32,270 nucleotides of DNA from an uncultured Ruminococcus sp. (lineage in GTDB: Bacteria > Bacillota > Clostridia > Oscillospirales > Acutalibacteraceae): positions 1 to 32,270 of the forward strand of contig CACYQK010000005.1 of assembly GCA_902776495.1 (NCBI GenBank), read 5' to 3'. The notes beneath the pieces were generated by a model, which saw only the letters and a list, made by a program, of their open reading frames with translations, ran no database searches and had not been told where the DNA came from. The translations under genes and the position numbers were made by a program. Below are positions 10,052 through 18,902 of this stretch, piece by piece. Every line of letters begins with the position of its first letter. Position 1 is the first letter of the stretch.

Positions 10052-11479
10052 ATGAGAATACTATATTGTGCGTCCGAGGCTAATCCGTTCTGCGGCAGCG
10101 GCGGACTTGCCGATGTTGCGGGCAGCCTTCCGCACACACTATGCAGAAAAGGCCAGGACTGCCGAATCGTTGTTCCGCTTTACGGCACGATCCCGCAGGA
10201 TCTGAAAAATCAGCTGAACTTTATCACAAACTTTACGGTTCCCGTTGCGTGGCGTCATCAGTACTGCGGACTCTTCTGGGCTCGCTGGAACGACTGCACA
10301 TACTACTTTATCGACAACGAGTACTACTTCAAGCGCGGAACTCTTTACGGTCACTATGACGACGCCGAGAGATTTGCTTTCTTCTCGCGCGCTATCTTAG
10401 AGATGCTTCCGTATATCGACTTCCATCCCGACATCATTCACGCGAATGACTGGCAGACAGCGCTTGTTCCCGTTTACTACTATCTGTTCTATTCGCACAG
10501 ACCTTGGTATTACAACATCAAGAGCCTGTTTACCATCCATAACATCCAGTATCAGGGTGAGTACGGCTGGGAGGTAAATACCGAGTGCGTAGGTATCCCC
10601 GCAAGCGAGACAAAGATCCTCGAGATGAACGGCAAGCTCAATATGATGAAGGGCGCTATCGAGACCTCGACCAGAGTTTCGACCGTTTCTCCGTCCTACG
10701 CGGCAGAGATCAAAGACCCGTGGTACAGCTGGGGACTTCACGACGAGCTCAACCTTCGTCACTACAAGCTCTGCGGTATCAAGAACGGTATCGACCTTGC
10801 AAGCTACGACCCCGCCACCGACTATCAGATCTACTGCAACTACACCAAAGAGGATATGAGCGGTAAGGGCGAGTGTAAGCGCGCGCTTCAGGAGAGACTT
10901 ACTCTCGAAGTCAACTGGAGTATTCCGCTTGTCGCTATGGTTACCCGTCTTGTATCTCACAAGGGACTTGACCTTGTTCGTATGGGCCTTGAGGAATTAA
11001 TGGACAACGAGAATATGCAGTTTGTAATTCTCGGTTCGGGCGATAAGGAGTATGAGGACTTCTTTAACTATATGCAGGCTAAATATCCGGGCAGACTCAT
11101 CTTCTGCCACGGCTTTGTTCCCGAGCTCGCCCGTAAGATCTATTCGGGCGCCGATATATTCCTGATGCCTTCGGCTCAGGAGCCCTGCGGTCTTGCTCAG
11201 ATGATCGCTCTGCGTTACGGCACTATCCCCGTAGTACGCGAGGTAGGCGGTCTTAAAGACTCTGTATTTGATTCAGCCGATAACTACGGTAACGGTTTTA
11301 CGTTCAAGAACTACTACACAGCCGATATGCAGCACGCTATCCGCCGTGCTCTCTGGGGCATCCAGGACGATCAGGGCTGGCACCAGCTTATGTGGCGCGC
11401 TATGATGAGCGACAACAGCTGGGAGCGTTCTGCTCAGGATTATATCAACGTATACAGCGATACGCTTAACTGGAACTAA
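10052..11479 (+). CDS. glgA: Glycogen synthase (GT5)
   Basis: SEANPFCGSGGLADV, IIHANDWQT, FTIHNIQYQG, RLVSHKG, EPCGLAQMIALRYG, VGGLKDSV. Confidence 0.96.
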   Translation: MRILYCASEANPFCGSGGLADVAGSLPHTLCRKGQDCRIVVPLYGTIPQDLKNQLNFITNFTVPVAWRHQYCGLFWARWNDCTYYFIDNEYYFKRGTLYGHYDDAERFAFFSRAILEMLPYIDFHPDIIHANDWQTALVPVYYYLFYSHRPWYYNIKSLFTIHNIQYQGEYGWEVNTECVGIPASETKILEMNGKLNMMKGAIETSTRVSTVSPSYAAEIKDPWYSWGLHDELNLRHYKLCGIKNGIDLASYDPATDYQIYCNYTKEDMSGKGECKRALQERLTLEVNWSIPLVAMVTRLVSHKGLDLVRMGLEELMDNENMQFVILGSGDKEYEDFFNYMQAKYPGRLIFCHGFVPELARKIYSGADIFLMPSAQEPCGLAQMIALRYGTIPVVREVGGLKDSVFDSADNYGNGFTFKNYYTADMQHAIRRALWGIQDDQGWHQLMWRAMMSDNSWERSAQDYINVYSDTLNWN

Positions 11480-11568
11480 GTCGGGCACCCCGACAGGAAG
11501 TTCGCGTACTGGAACGCGCTGATATAGGTCAACTCGCAGTTTCGCGAGAAAAATCCGATATAACAATC

Positions 11569-11601
11569 AACACCCCGACTCATTACGAGTCGGGGTGTTT
11601 T
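11569..11601. terminator. Terminator between the convergent glgA and XRE genes
   Basis: AACACCCCGACTC-ATTAC-GAGTCGGGGTGTTTT. Confidence 0.85.
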
Positions 11602-11609
11602 ATCTTTGC

Positions 11610-12461
11610 TTATTCTTTGTCGGGCTTTATTAGGTTACAGATTATGTAATAGAACGGGATAGAGATGAATACTATCCAGCCGAACTGCCAGCCGCCGCAG
11701 ATGTGGCAATAACCGAAGATGATATACACGGCGACGCAGAGCACGGGGAACGCGAAGTGGCTCGGATTGCGCTTGAAGATCGCGTCAATGAGCGAGTAAT
11801 ACAGCGGAATACTGAACAAAGCGACCCAGCTGAGCGCCCATCCGAAGAATACGCCGCTGAAGCCCCACGCGAGAAATACCGCGAGCGCGATCGCCCAAAA
11901 CGGGAATTCCTGAAAGAACTTATGCCGCGGGCTCTTGATATGCTTCTTTTTGAGTTCTTCGTCAACCATAACGTGACCGTCCTCATCGGTGTAAACGCGG
12001 TTTTTGCCGTTTTCCTCAACGTGAATACCGTCCCAGCCGACGTGGACCGTATTGCCGTCCTTGCTGTCAACGTTAACGCCTTCCTTGTATGAGATATTAA
12101 CGTGGTCGCCGTCTTTGCTGTCAACGTGGATACCGTTCTTAAAGGAAACCCTGTCCTCGCGGACGTAGTTTGTATTTTCATCCGGTTGAGCTTCGGTTCG
12201 TTCGGGTTCATCCGGTTCGGCGGAATCGGTGTTGTCATCCTCCTGCTGAGATTCTTCCGTTTTTCCTTTTAAAAGCTCGTCAAGGCTGACGCCGTAAACC
12301 TCGGCAAGGCTTATAAGATTATCGGTATCGGGCGACGCTTCGCTCCGCTCCCATTTTGATACCGCCTGACGGCTAACGCCGATTTTCTCGGCGAGTTCCT
12401 CCTGGCTGAGGTTGTGTTGCTTTCTGTATTGAAGAAGTCTGTTTGCTGTTTCGATATTCAT
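11610..12461 (-). CDS. XRE-family HTH regulator with a central beta-repeat region and about 4 C-terminal TM helices
   Basis: RLLQYRKQHNLSQEELAEKIGVSRQAVSKWERSEASPD; three GIHV-DSKDG-like repeats; hydrophobic C-terminus; RBS GGGAGG. Confidence 0.9.
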   Translation of the reverse strand: MNIETANRLLQYRKQHNLSQEELAEKIGVSRQAVSKWERSEASPDTDNLISLAEVYGVSLDELLKGKTEESQQEDDNTDSAEPDEPERTEAQPDENTNYVREDRVSFKNGIHVDSKDGDHVNISYKEGVNVDSKDGNTVHVGWDGIHVEENGKNRVYTDEDGHVMVDEELKKKHIKSPRHKFFQEFPFWAIALAVFLAWGFSGVFFGWALSWVALFSIPLYYSLIDAIFKRNPSHFAFPVLCVAVYIIFGYCHICGGWQFGWIVFISIPFYYIICNLIKPDKE

Positions 12462-12498
12462 AGTTCTGCCTCCCTCTGTTTTATGCCATAATTATACA

Positions 12499-12557
12499 CG
12501 CAACCGCCCAAGTTGCGCTATACATTCCGCTTTACATCCCCGCAACCACAGGTTGCG
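12499..12557. promoter_or_regulatory. Two CGCAAC-N5/7-GTTGCG palindromes, probable autoregulatory operators of the XRE gene
   Basis: CGCAACCGCCCAAGTTGCG (12499-12517) and CGCAACCACAGGTTGCG (12541-12557) beside a minus-strand TATAAT (12491-12496). Confidence 0.55.
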
Positions 12558-12559
12558 CA

Positions 12560-12594
12560 AATCAAAAACCCGCTTTTTAAGCGGCTTTTTGATT
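12560..12594 (-). terminator. Rho-independent terminator of the ruvX operon
   Basis: Minus strand reads AATCAAAAAGCCGCT-TAAAA-AGCGGGTTTTTGATT. Confidence 0.75.
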
Positions 12595-12605
12595 CATAGA
12601 GCTAT

Positions 12606-13145
12606 TTAGCGATAATACGGCTGATTGGGATAGCCTGTATTGTAAAACGGCTGGTGAATAACTATCCTTGCGCGGCCGTCCCACGAGCAATTCATCTCAA
12701 CGGGAGGAGTGTTGGGGTTGATGAATACTGCGCGGCTGTACCTTCTGTTGCCGATCCTTACGATTATCACGTGTCTGCCGGGCGACAGGAAAAACGGAAT
12801 ACCGCTGCCCGAGCCGGTCTGGTAAGTCCTGCCGGTCCTTGTTATTGTTACCTGAAAAATAATTGCAGGATTAATTGTGAAGAAGTTGGCAATAAAATTT
12901 GCCTGCTGCACGGATGCCACGGGGCAGTCAAGCTGCACCGGCTGCGGTTGGGTCATCGGCGGCGCGGGTACAGTCGGCTGATATACCGGCTGAAAATTAG
13001 CGGGAGCGGGCTGCATAGGCGCAGGCTGCTGTAAGTTTGTCGGGATGATGATTCTCTGTCCGCAGTGTGTGCAGAATAATTGTTTCATTGTGCTATCCGC
13101 TTCAACCACGGTTCCGCATTTTGAGCATATAAGTCTTACGTTCAT
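12606..13145 (-). CDS. Hypothetical zinc-ribbon protein with Pro/Gln-rich linker and small beta domain
   Basis: CSKCG...CTHCG; QQPAPMQPAPANFQP linker; ATGA overlap with the ruvX stop. Confidence 0.75.
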   Translation of the reverse strand: MNVRLICSKCGTVVEADSTMKQLFCTHCGQRIIIPTNLQQPAPMQPAPANFQPVYQPTVPAPPMTQPQPVQLDCPVASVQQANFIANFFTINPAIIFQVTITRTGRTYQTGSGSGIPFFLSPGRHVIIVRIGNRRYSRAVFINPNTPPVEMNCSWDGRARIVIHQPFYNTGYPNQPYYR

Positions 13146-13570
13146 TGTTCTCTCTCCTTGTTTTTCTTTCCGTCAAGATAATCTTGAAGTATGATCACGG
13201 CGGCTACGGCATCAACTACATTTTTTCGCTTTTTTCCGCGTGTATTTGTTGCGTTCAGATAGTTGTGGGCAGTAACGGTCGTGCCGCGCTCGTCCTGCAT
13301 TACCGTGGCGATGCCGGTCAGCTCCTCGAGCTTTTCGGCAAAGTCGCGGGCGTTTTGAGCGCTCTCGCCCTCGGTGCCGTCCATATTCTTCGGAAGTCCC
13401 ACAACAATCAACTCTGCTTTTGTATCGCGCGACATCTGCGCGACTTTTTCCAACAGTTTTTTATTTGATTTTTCAAAAATCACGGTGTGGGGCGAGGCAA
13501 GGAATTCGCTTTTGTCGCAGAGCGCAATGCCTGTTCTCGCTTTTCCCAAGTCAACCGACATTATTATCAT
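13142..13570 (-). CDS. ruvX: YqgF/RuvX family nuclease (pre-16S rRNA maturation)
   Basis: SVDLGKARTGIA, IVVGLPKNMDGTEG, QDERGTT, VDAVAAVIILQDYL. Confidence 0.95.
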   Translation of the reverse strand: MIIMSVDLGKARTGIALCDKSEFLASPHTVIFEKSNKKLLEKVAQMSRDTKAELIVVGLPKNMDGTEGESAQNARDFAEKLEELTGIATVMQDERGTTVTAHNYLNATNTRGKKRKNVVDAVAAVIILQDYLDGKKNKEREQ

Positions 13571-13599
13571 AATATTGTTCCTTTCAGATTTATAGTTCT

Positions 13600-13628
13600 A
13601 TTATAGTCCAAAACTTTTAAATATACAA
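13600..13628 (-). promoter_or_regulatory. Putative sigma-A promoter for ruvX
   Basis: Minus strand TTGTAT-17 bp-TATAAT. Confidence 0.55.
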
Positions 13629-13761
13629 TGTTTTTGTTTCAGTTACTTTAGCTATTTTCAAAAAAACTCAAAACAATCTAAAAATTCTCACCCTTACAGC
13701 GACAAATCAGTCGGCGTGTCCGCAATATAATAGACTTATCATATAGAAAAGGAAGTAAAAA

Positions 13762-16074
13762 ATGACTGACGCAAAAGCAATGCGGCATATGTATGATGCC
13801 AAGACCGATTTCTTTAAGAATATCGGTTTAAATATATTATACTGCGCCTGCGGGACTCTCATTACAAGGGGGGCTGTTTTGGGAACTATGGCTCCGTTCG
13901 GGGCTTCCTACGCTGCGGCGGTGCCAAAGGAAAGGCTGCTGCCGTCGCTCGCCGGCGCGGCGTTCGGATATGTGCTGTTGAATCCCTCCGACAGCTTTAG
14001 GTATATCGCGGTTATTGTAGCGATTGGCTGCGCAAGGTGGCTGCTCAGCGATATAGGCAGAGTAAGCACAAGCAAGCTGTTCGCTCCGCTGTGCGCGTTT
14101 ATCCCCACAGCGGCAACGGGTATAGCCCTGTCGTTCGGCGGAGTCGGAACAATGGCGACTCTGACAGGCAGCTTTATCGAGGCGGCGCTGGCGGCTGTCG
14201 CGGCTTATTTTATTTCATACACGATGCGCCTGTCGTTCGGCAGGCGGAGCATTTCCGCGTTTACCCCGCAGGAGACCGCGTGCGTTGTAATGACAGGCTG
14301 TGTTTTGATTTTGTCGCTCGGCTCGCTCACAATAGAAAACGTCTCGCTCGGCAGGATAATCGCGGTCATCGCGGTTATGCTCTGCGCGCGCTACGGCGGA
14401 GTCAACGGCGGCACGGTCAGCGGAGCGGCAACGGGTGCGGTGTTCAGCCTTGCGGCGTTTGAGCAGGGCTTCATCTGCGGCGGTTATTCGTTCGGCGGAC
14501 TGATGGCGGGATTATTCTCTCCGCTCGGTAAGCTCGCTACGGCGCTGTCGTTTGTGACGGCGGATTTTTTGATGAGCCTTGCGTTCGGCGGAGAAAAAAT
14601 GCCGTCGGGCATACTTGTAGAGGGCGCGATAGGTGCGGCGATATTTATGCTGCTGCCGAAGAGCGTCGGGGATTTTATCTCGCCGGTATTCAACAAAAAA
14701 CTCGACCTCTCGCTTGGAGAAACGCTTCGTAAAAACCTCATAGCGCGTCTCAGCTTTACCTCGAGCGTTATAAAAAACGTTAAAAACGACGTTGAAAACG
14801 TGTCCGAAAAAATGGGGGAGATGTATTCGCCGTCATTTGATTGGGTCTGCCAAAATGTCGCGGACGAAGTCTGTTCGGGCTGCGGACTGAGGATGTACTG
14901 CTACGAACACAAGGGCGGCGTTACAAAGGACGACTTTTTCCGCCTTGAAGAGGAGCTCAATATGAACGGCAGGATAGGCGCAAAGGAAGTCGGAGAGCTG
15001 TTTATCAAAAACTGCTGTAAGAAAAGTGAGATCGCCCGAAGTATGACAGATAACTACAAAAAGCTTTTGTCGCTTCAGGAGGCTGAGCGCAGAGTCAGCG
15101 AGATCCGCTCGGTCGTAGCCGGGCAGTTCGCGGGGGTCAGCGATATTCTAAGCGACCTGTCAAAGGAGTTTGCCGAGATAAAAACAGGCGACAGCCAAGC
15201 CGCGGACAGGATAATAAGCGAGCTCACAACGCTCGGAGCCTGCCCGATAGAATGTTCCTGCCTTGAGGGCGAAAACGGCAGAATGAGCGTTGAACTGATT
15301 ATGAGCGCCAAGGGAAAAGAAATAAAGCGCGGTCAGCTCTCGCGTATCGTCTCAAAATGCTGCAGAAGGCGATTTGACCTGCCCACGATCACCTGCGAGA
15401 GCGGAAGGCTCAGAGCCGCTCTTTGTGAGCTTCCCAAGTTTGATGTAGAGATCGGCTCGAACCAGCACATAGCGGATAACGGAAAGCTTTGCGGTGACTG
15501 CATAGATTACTTCAACGACGGCCGCGGCAAGACCTACGCCCTTGTCTGTGACGGAATGGGTACAGGCGGCAGAGCGGCGGTCGACGGAAATATGGCGGCG
15601 TCGGTCATGGGCAGGCTGCTGCGCTCGGGACTCAGCGAGGACAGCGCGCTTCAAATCGTGAATTCCGCCCTGATGATAAAGAGCGATGACGAGAGCCTGT
15701 CAACTGTTGATTTGGCGGGAATAGATCTGTTCACGGGGAAGGTCACGCTTAAAAAAGCAGGCGCCGCAGCGACATATATAAAAAAGAACGGCAGGGTGTA
15801 CAAAAAGGATATGTCCTCGCTCCCTGCGGGAATACTGAACAATATCAAATTCGCGGCAGACGCGGTTAATCTTATGGTCGGAGATATGGTGGTTATGGTT
15901 TCAGACGGCGCCGCAACAGGCGATGACAAGTGGCTTGAAAAGCTGATAAAGACGTGGAACAAGGGCAGCACACAGGAGCTTGCCCAAGCGGTAGTTGAGG
16001 AGGCGATAAAGCGCAGGGCAGAGAGCAGGGATGACGATATCACGGCTGTTGCAATGCGCATAACGGAAAACTAA
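13762..16074 (+). CDS. spoIIE: Stage II sporulation protein E (membrane PP2C phosphatase)
   Basis: About 10 N-terminal TM segments, Cys-rich central domain (VCSGCGLRMYC..C), PP2C motifs CGD, CDGMGTG, STVDL, KAGAA, VSDG, DDIT. Confidence 0.9.
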   Translation: MTDAKAMRHMYDAKTDFFKNIGLNILYCACGTLITRGAVLGTMAPFGASYAAAVPKERLLPSLAGAAFGYVLLNPSDSFRYIAVIVAIGCARWLLSDIGRVSTSKLFAPLCAFIPTAATGIALSFGGVGTMATLTGSFIEAALAAVAAYFISYTMRLSFGRRSISAFTPQETACVVMTGCVLILSLGSLTIENVSLGRIIAVIAVMLCARYGGVNGGTVSGAATGAVFSLAAFEQGFICGGYSFGGLMAGLFSPLGKLATALSFVTADFLMSLAFGGEKMPSGILVEGAIGAAIFMLLPKSVGDFISPVFNKKLDLSLGETLRKNLIARLSFTSSVIKNVKNDVENVSEKMGEMYSPSFDWVCQNVADEVCSGCGLRMYCYEHKGGVTKDDFFRLEEELNMNGRIGAKEVGELFIKNCCKKSEIARSMTDNYKKLLSLQEAERRVSEIRSVVAGQFAGVSDILSDLSKEFAEIKTGDSQAADRIISELTTLGACPIECSCLEGENGRMSVELIMSAKGKEIKRGQLSRIVSKCCRRRFDLPTITCESGRLRAALCELPKFDVEIGSNQHIADNGKLCGDCIDYFNDGRGKTYALVCDGMGTGGRAAVDGNMAASVMGRLLRSGLSEDSALQIVNSALMIKSDDESLSTVDLAGIDLFTGKVTLKKAGAAATYIKKNGRVYKKDMSSLPAGILNNIKFAADAVNLMVGDMVVMVSDGAATGDDKWLEKLIKTWNKGSTQELAQAVVEEAIKRRAESRDDDITAVAMRITEN

Positions 16075-16077
16075 AAC

Positions 16078-16102
16078 AGGGACGAGCGCTTTGCTCGTCC
16101 CT
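16078..16102. terminator. Hairpin between the convergent spoIIE and serpin genes
   Basis: AGGGACGAGC-GCTTT-GCTCGTCCCT. Confidence 0.75.
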
Positions 16103-16129
16103 TAGATCTGTTCGGTGATCGTTTAGTTA

Positions 16130-17455
16130 TTAACCTGAATAAACGCCCATATAAACGGGGATGTTGCTCTCGTTGTCTATCAGCATAAAGATAAACGGAC
16201 GCGAGAATTCAAGCGTCGCGGCTTTAGATTCTGCGGGGGATGTTGCAGCGGGTTTTTCCGTGGGAGCAATGCTGCCCTGCGTTACCTCTTTGCCCGATGT
16301 AAAAACACCGTAGCGGTCGATAGTGATGCCCGGCTGCAAATCATAAAGCTCGTTTATCTTAACATTCTTTGAGTGGGCGAGGTTGCTAAAGTCCGACTTG
16401 TCGGAAAACAGCGTGTAAAGTCCCGACTTTATCATGATCGGAGACATCGGTTTCGGATCATCGGTTTGAGGTATCTCGACGACCGGCATATGTGAATCGA
16501 TCCTTGAGGTCACCGAAAAGCTGTCGATCAGCTTTGAGTATTCCACGCTGTCAAAGCTTTTGATATAGTCCTCGATCTTAATGTCTTCGTTGGGCATTAT
16601 AAGGACAAGCTTCAGCGGGTTATTTGCAGTGTATTTTATTATTCCCTTTGCCTGATCGGAGTGGATATAGTTCTCGTCCGAAGCAAGGAACTTTGCTGCC
16701 TTTCCGTTGAATTTAGAATCGACCTCGGCGTTTGCCGCGTACGGAGTCAGCCAATTATCAGACAGCCCAAACGAGGTAATGTCGCATATCGAACCGTCCT
16801 TGTTTAGGTTCAGCTTATCGTAAACCGGACTTCCGAGCAGGTTGTTGACCTTGTCTTCATAATCCTTGTTCGCAAAGTCAAATCTCGCGATATTCGCGCT
16901 GAAATAATCCGCGTTGCTCTGTAAAAAGGTTTTACGCACGTCGGTTTTGTCGTTGACAAGCAAGGTGTTGCCGAGCTTGACTTGATTTGGATTATCGTCG
17001 GAGTCTTTATCATCGGATTTGCTGACGGTTTCCATCCTGCTCTTAAAGTAGGACGAGCAGGCATTTAGGTCATCAAGCGTTAAGTCCGAACCGAGCGCGA
17101 GCATTATCTCAGAAAGAGTATCGTTGTTTGCACCGTCCGCAAGCAGCGATAAACCTAGCATGTTCGCCGCGGGAGAGAAAACAAACGATTTGCCTCCGGC
17201 GCCGTCCTGAGCCGCCATATTCCTGAACAACTTGAGCTCGTAGCCCGTGATCAGATTGACATATGAGTTGTATGTTGTCGGCGGTTCCTTCGCGCCGTCG
17301 GCGTAGTTATATGTTTTTGTAACGTCTTCGTTTCGTTTGTAGCCCGAGGATAACAGCTCGCTGTCCGAGAATTTGCCGGGATCGGAGCATGCGCAAAGTG
17401 TTATCGCGAGCATTATGACGCACAAGAACGTCGATAGTATTCTCTTGAATTTCAT
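16130..17455 (-). CDS. Serpin-family lipoprotein, divergent and probably non-inhibitory
   Basis: ATG 17455, lipobox LCAC; FVFSP..MLGLSLLADGA..TLSEI; LVLIMPNE; C-terminal FSRPFIFMLIDNESNIPVYMG serpin signature. Confidence 0.8.
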   Translation of the reverse strand: MKFKRILSTFLCVIMLAITLCACSDPGKFSDSELLSSGYKRNEDVTKTYNYADGAKEPPTTYNSYVNLITGYELKLFRNMAAQDGAGGKSFVFSPAANMLGLSLLADGANNDTLSEIMLALGSDLTLDDLNACSSYFKSRMETVSKSDDKDSDDNPNQVKLGNTLLVNDKTDVRKTFLQSNADYFSANIARFDFANKDYEDKVNNLLGSPVYDKLNLNKDGSICDITSFGLSDNWLTPYAANAEVDSKFNGKAAKFLASDENYIHSDQAKGIIKYTANNPLKLVLIMPNEDIKIEDYIKSFDSVEYSKLIDSFSVTSRIDSHMPVVEIPQTDDPKPMSPIMIKSGLYTLFSDKSDFSNLAHSKNVKINELYDLQPGITIDRYGVFTSGKEVTQGSIAPTEKPAATSPAESKAATLEFSRPFIFMLIDNESNIPVYMGVYSG

Positions 17456-17459
17456 AATT

Positions 17460-18584
17460 TTATTCCTTATCGCAAAGCTTTTTTGCAAGCTTGAAAATGT
17501 CTTCGGCAGCGTTGGGCAGAGCCAGTTTTTTACAGTTTTCTTTCATTTCGTTTAGTTTTTCGGGAGAATTCAAAAGCTCGATTATCTGATCCGCGCCATT
17601 TGATTTGTCAATCAAGACAGCGGCGTTTTGATTGAGCAGGAAGTCGACATTATCAGCCTCCTGACCGGGATAAGCGCTGTAGATAGCCATCGGCAGATGA
17701 CAGGCGATACTCTCGGTAACGGTAAGCCCGCCCGGCTTTGTTACGATCAGGTCGGCTATGTGCATATAGTCTTCAACATTGTCAACAAAGTAGAGCAGCT
17801 TTGTGTTGCGTGGGGAATCAAGCTCCTGTATTTTTTTATCAAAGTGATCAAAAAGACGGATGTTGCGTCCGGTGATCACGATCATCTGTATTTTTTCGTC
17901 GGTTTTTGCTAATTGCTCATAAAACGCGAGCACGTCCGTTACGCCGAATGACCCTGCCATAAGCAAAACCGTGGGGATCTCGGGGTCGAGTCGCTCGCGC
18001 TTGCAAAGCTCCTCGCGTGTTTCGCTCTGTGCAAAGCTGTCAAAGGTCGGGATGCCCAGAGGGTATATCTTGTTTTCGGGCACGTCATATTCTTCTTGAA
18101 GCTTTTTAGCCATCTGAGGCTCGGCAAGCACAAAAGCGTCAATATAAGGCGAGATATATGCTCGGTGCGAGTCATAGTCGGTGATCAGGCTGATCGCTTT
18201 AACGTCAAGCTTGCCTGTTTCTTTTAAGCGCGAAACCATATTGGTGATAAACGCGTGACAGATAATGATAATATCGGGATCGTTTTCCTTGATAGTCTCA
18301 AGCAGCTTTTTCGCGTACATTTCGTTGGATTTTACAAGCGCCTTTGTCGCGGGCTTTTTTTCGTCGGTAAGTTTGTAAAGCTTGCCGTATACCTCGGGCG
18401 CTTTTGTCGCCATAATATGGTAGCCCTTTGTCATCGCCTTGTTGTATACTTTGCCGATCGCTTCCATTCCGTCAATGATCTTAACACTTGTCTCGGGGCT
18501 GATGTCGTTAATCTTTGCCTTGATAGCGGCGGCGGCGCGTTTGTGTCCTCCTCCGGTCGAGGCTGTAAAAATCAAAATGTTCAT
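17460..18584 (-). CDS. MGDG synthase / UgtP-like diacylglycerol glycosyltransferase (GT28)
   Basis: TASTGGGHKRAA, ITDYDSH, LGIP, LMAGSFG, ITGRN, ADLIVTKPGGLTVTE, PGQEADN. Confidence 0.9.
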   Translation of the reverse strand: MNILIFTASTGGGHKRAAAAIKAKINDISPETSVKIIDGMEAIGKVYNKAMTKGYHIMATKAPEVYGKLYKLTDEKKPATKALVKSNEMYAKKLLETIKENDPDIIIICHAFITNMVSRLKETGKLDVKAISLITDYDSHRAYISPYIDAFVLAEPQMAKKLQEEYDVPENKIYPLGIPTFDSFAQSETREELCKRERLDPEIPTVLLMAGSFGVTDVLAFYEQLAKTDEKIQMIVITGRNIRLFDHFDKKIQELDSPRNTKLLYFVDNVEDYMHIADLIVTKPGGLTVTESIACHLPMAIYSAYPGQEADNVDFLLNQNAAVLIDKSNGADQIIELLNSPEKLNEMKENCKKLALPNAAEDIFKLAKKLCDKE

Positions 18585-18648
18585 AATTTTCCTGCCTTTA
18601 TGCTTTTGTAATTACAAGATTCCATATTAATATGATTATTCTTTTTAT

Positions 18649-18677
18649 ATTATACTTTGATTTTCAATTAATTTCAA
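18649..18677 (-). promoter_or_regulatory. Putative sigma-A promoter for the glycosyltransferase-serpin operon
   Basis: Minus strand TTGAAA-17 bp-TATAAT, in an AT-rich context, so a chance match is possible. Confidence 0.5.
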
Positions 18678-18902
18678 TATTTAATTTAAAATAATGCAGA
18701 AAACTCGATTTTATATAGGTTTTCTCTGTAATAGCAATATATAACCTAAAATTGTACAAAAAATATTTAAAAAACCCTCATTAAATTTGTGTTTTACCAC
18801 TTTCTTTTTGGAATTATTTATAGTAGAATAATAAATAATAGAATAAAAGACTAATAGGCATATTTTATATATTTTCAGTTTCACAGTATTTGGGGTGAAT
18901 TA

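Noticed and set aside
11480-11565. Short hairpins in the glgA 3' UTR as a possible sRNA
   Set aside because: Stems are only 5-6 bp, with no promoter or recognisable family.
13690-13731. Spo0A boxes upstream of spoIIE
   Set aside because: Only partial matches to TGNCGAA (for example the reverse complement TGTCGCT); plausible but too weak to call.
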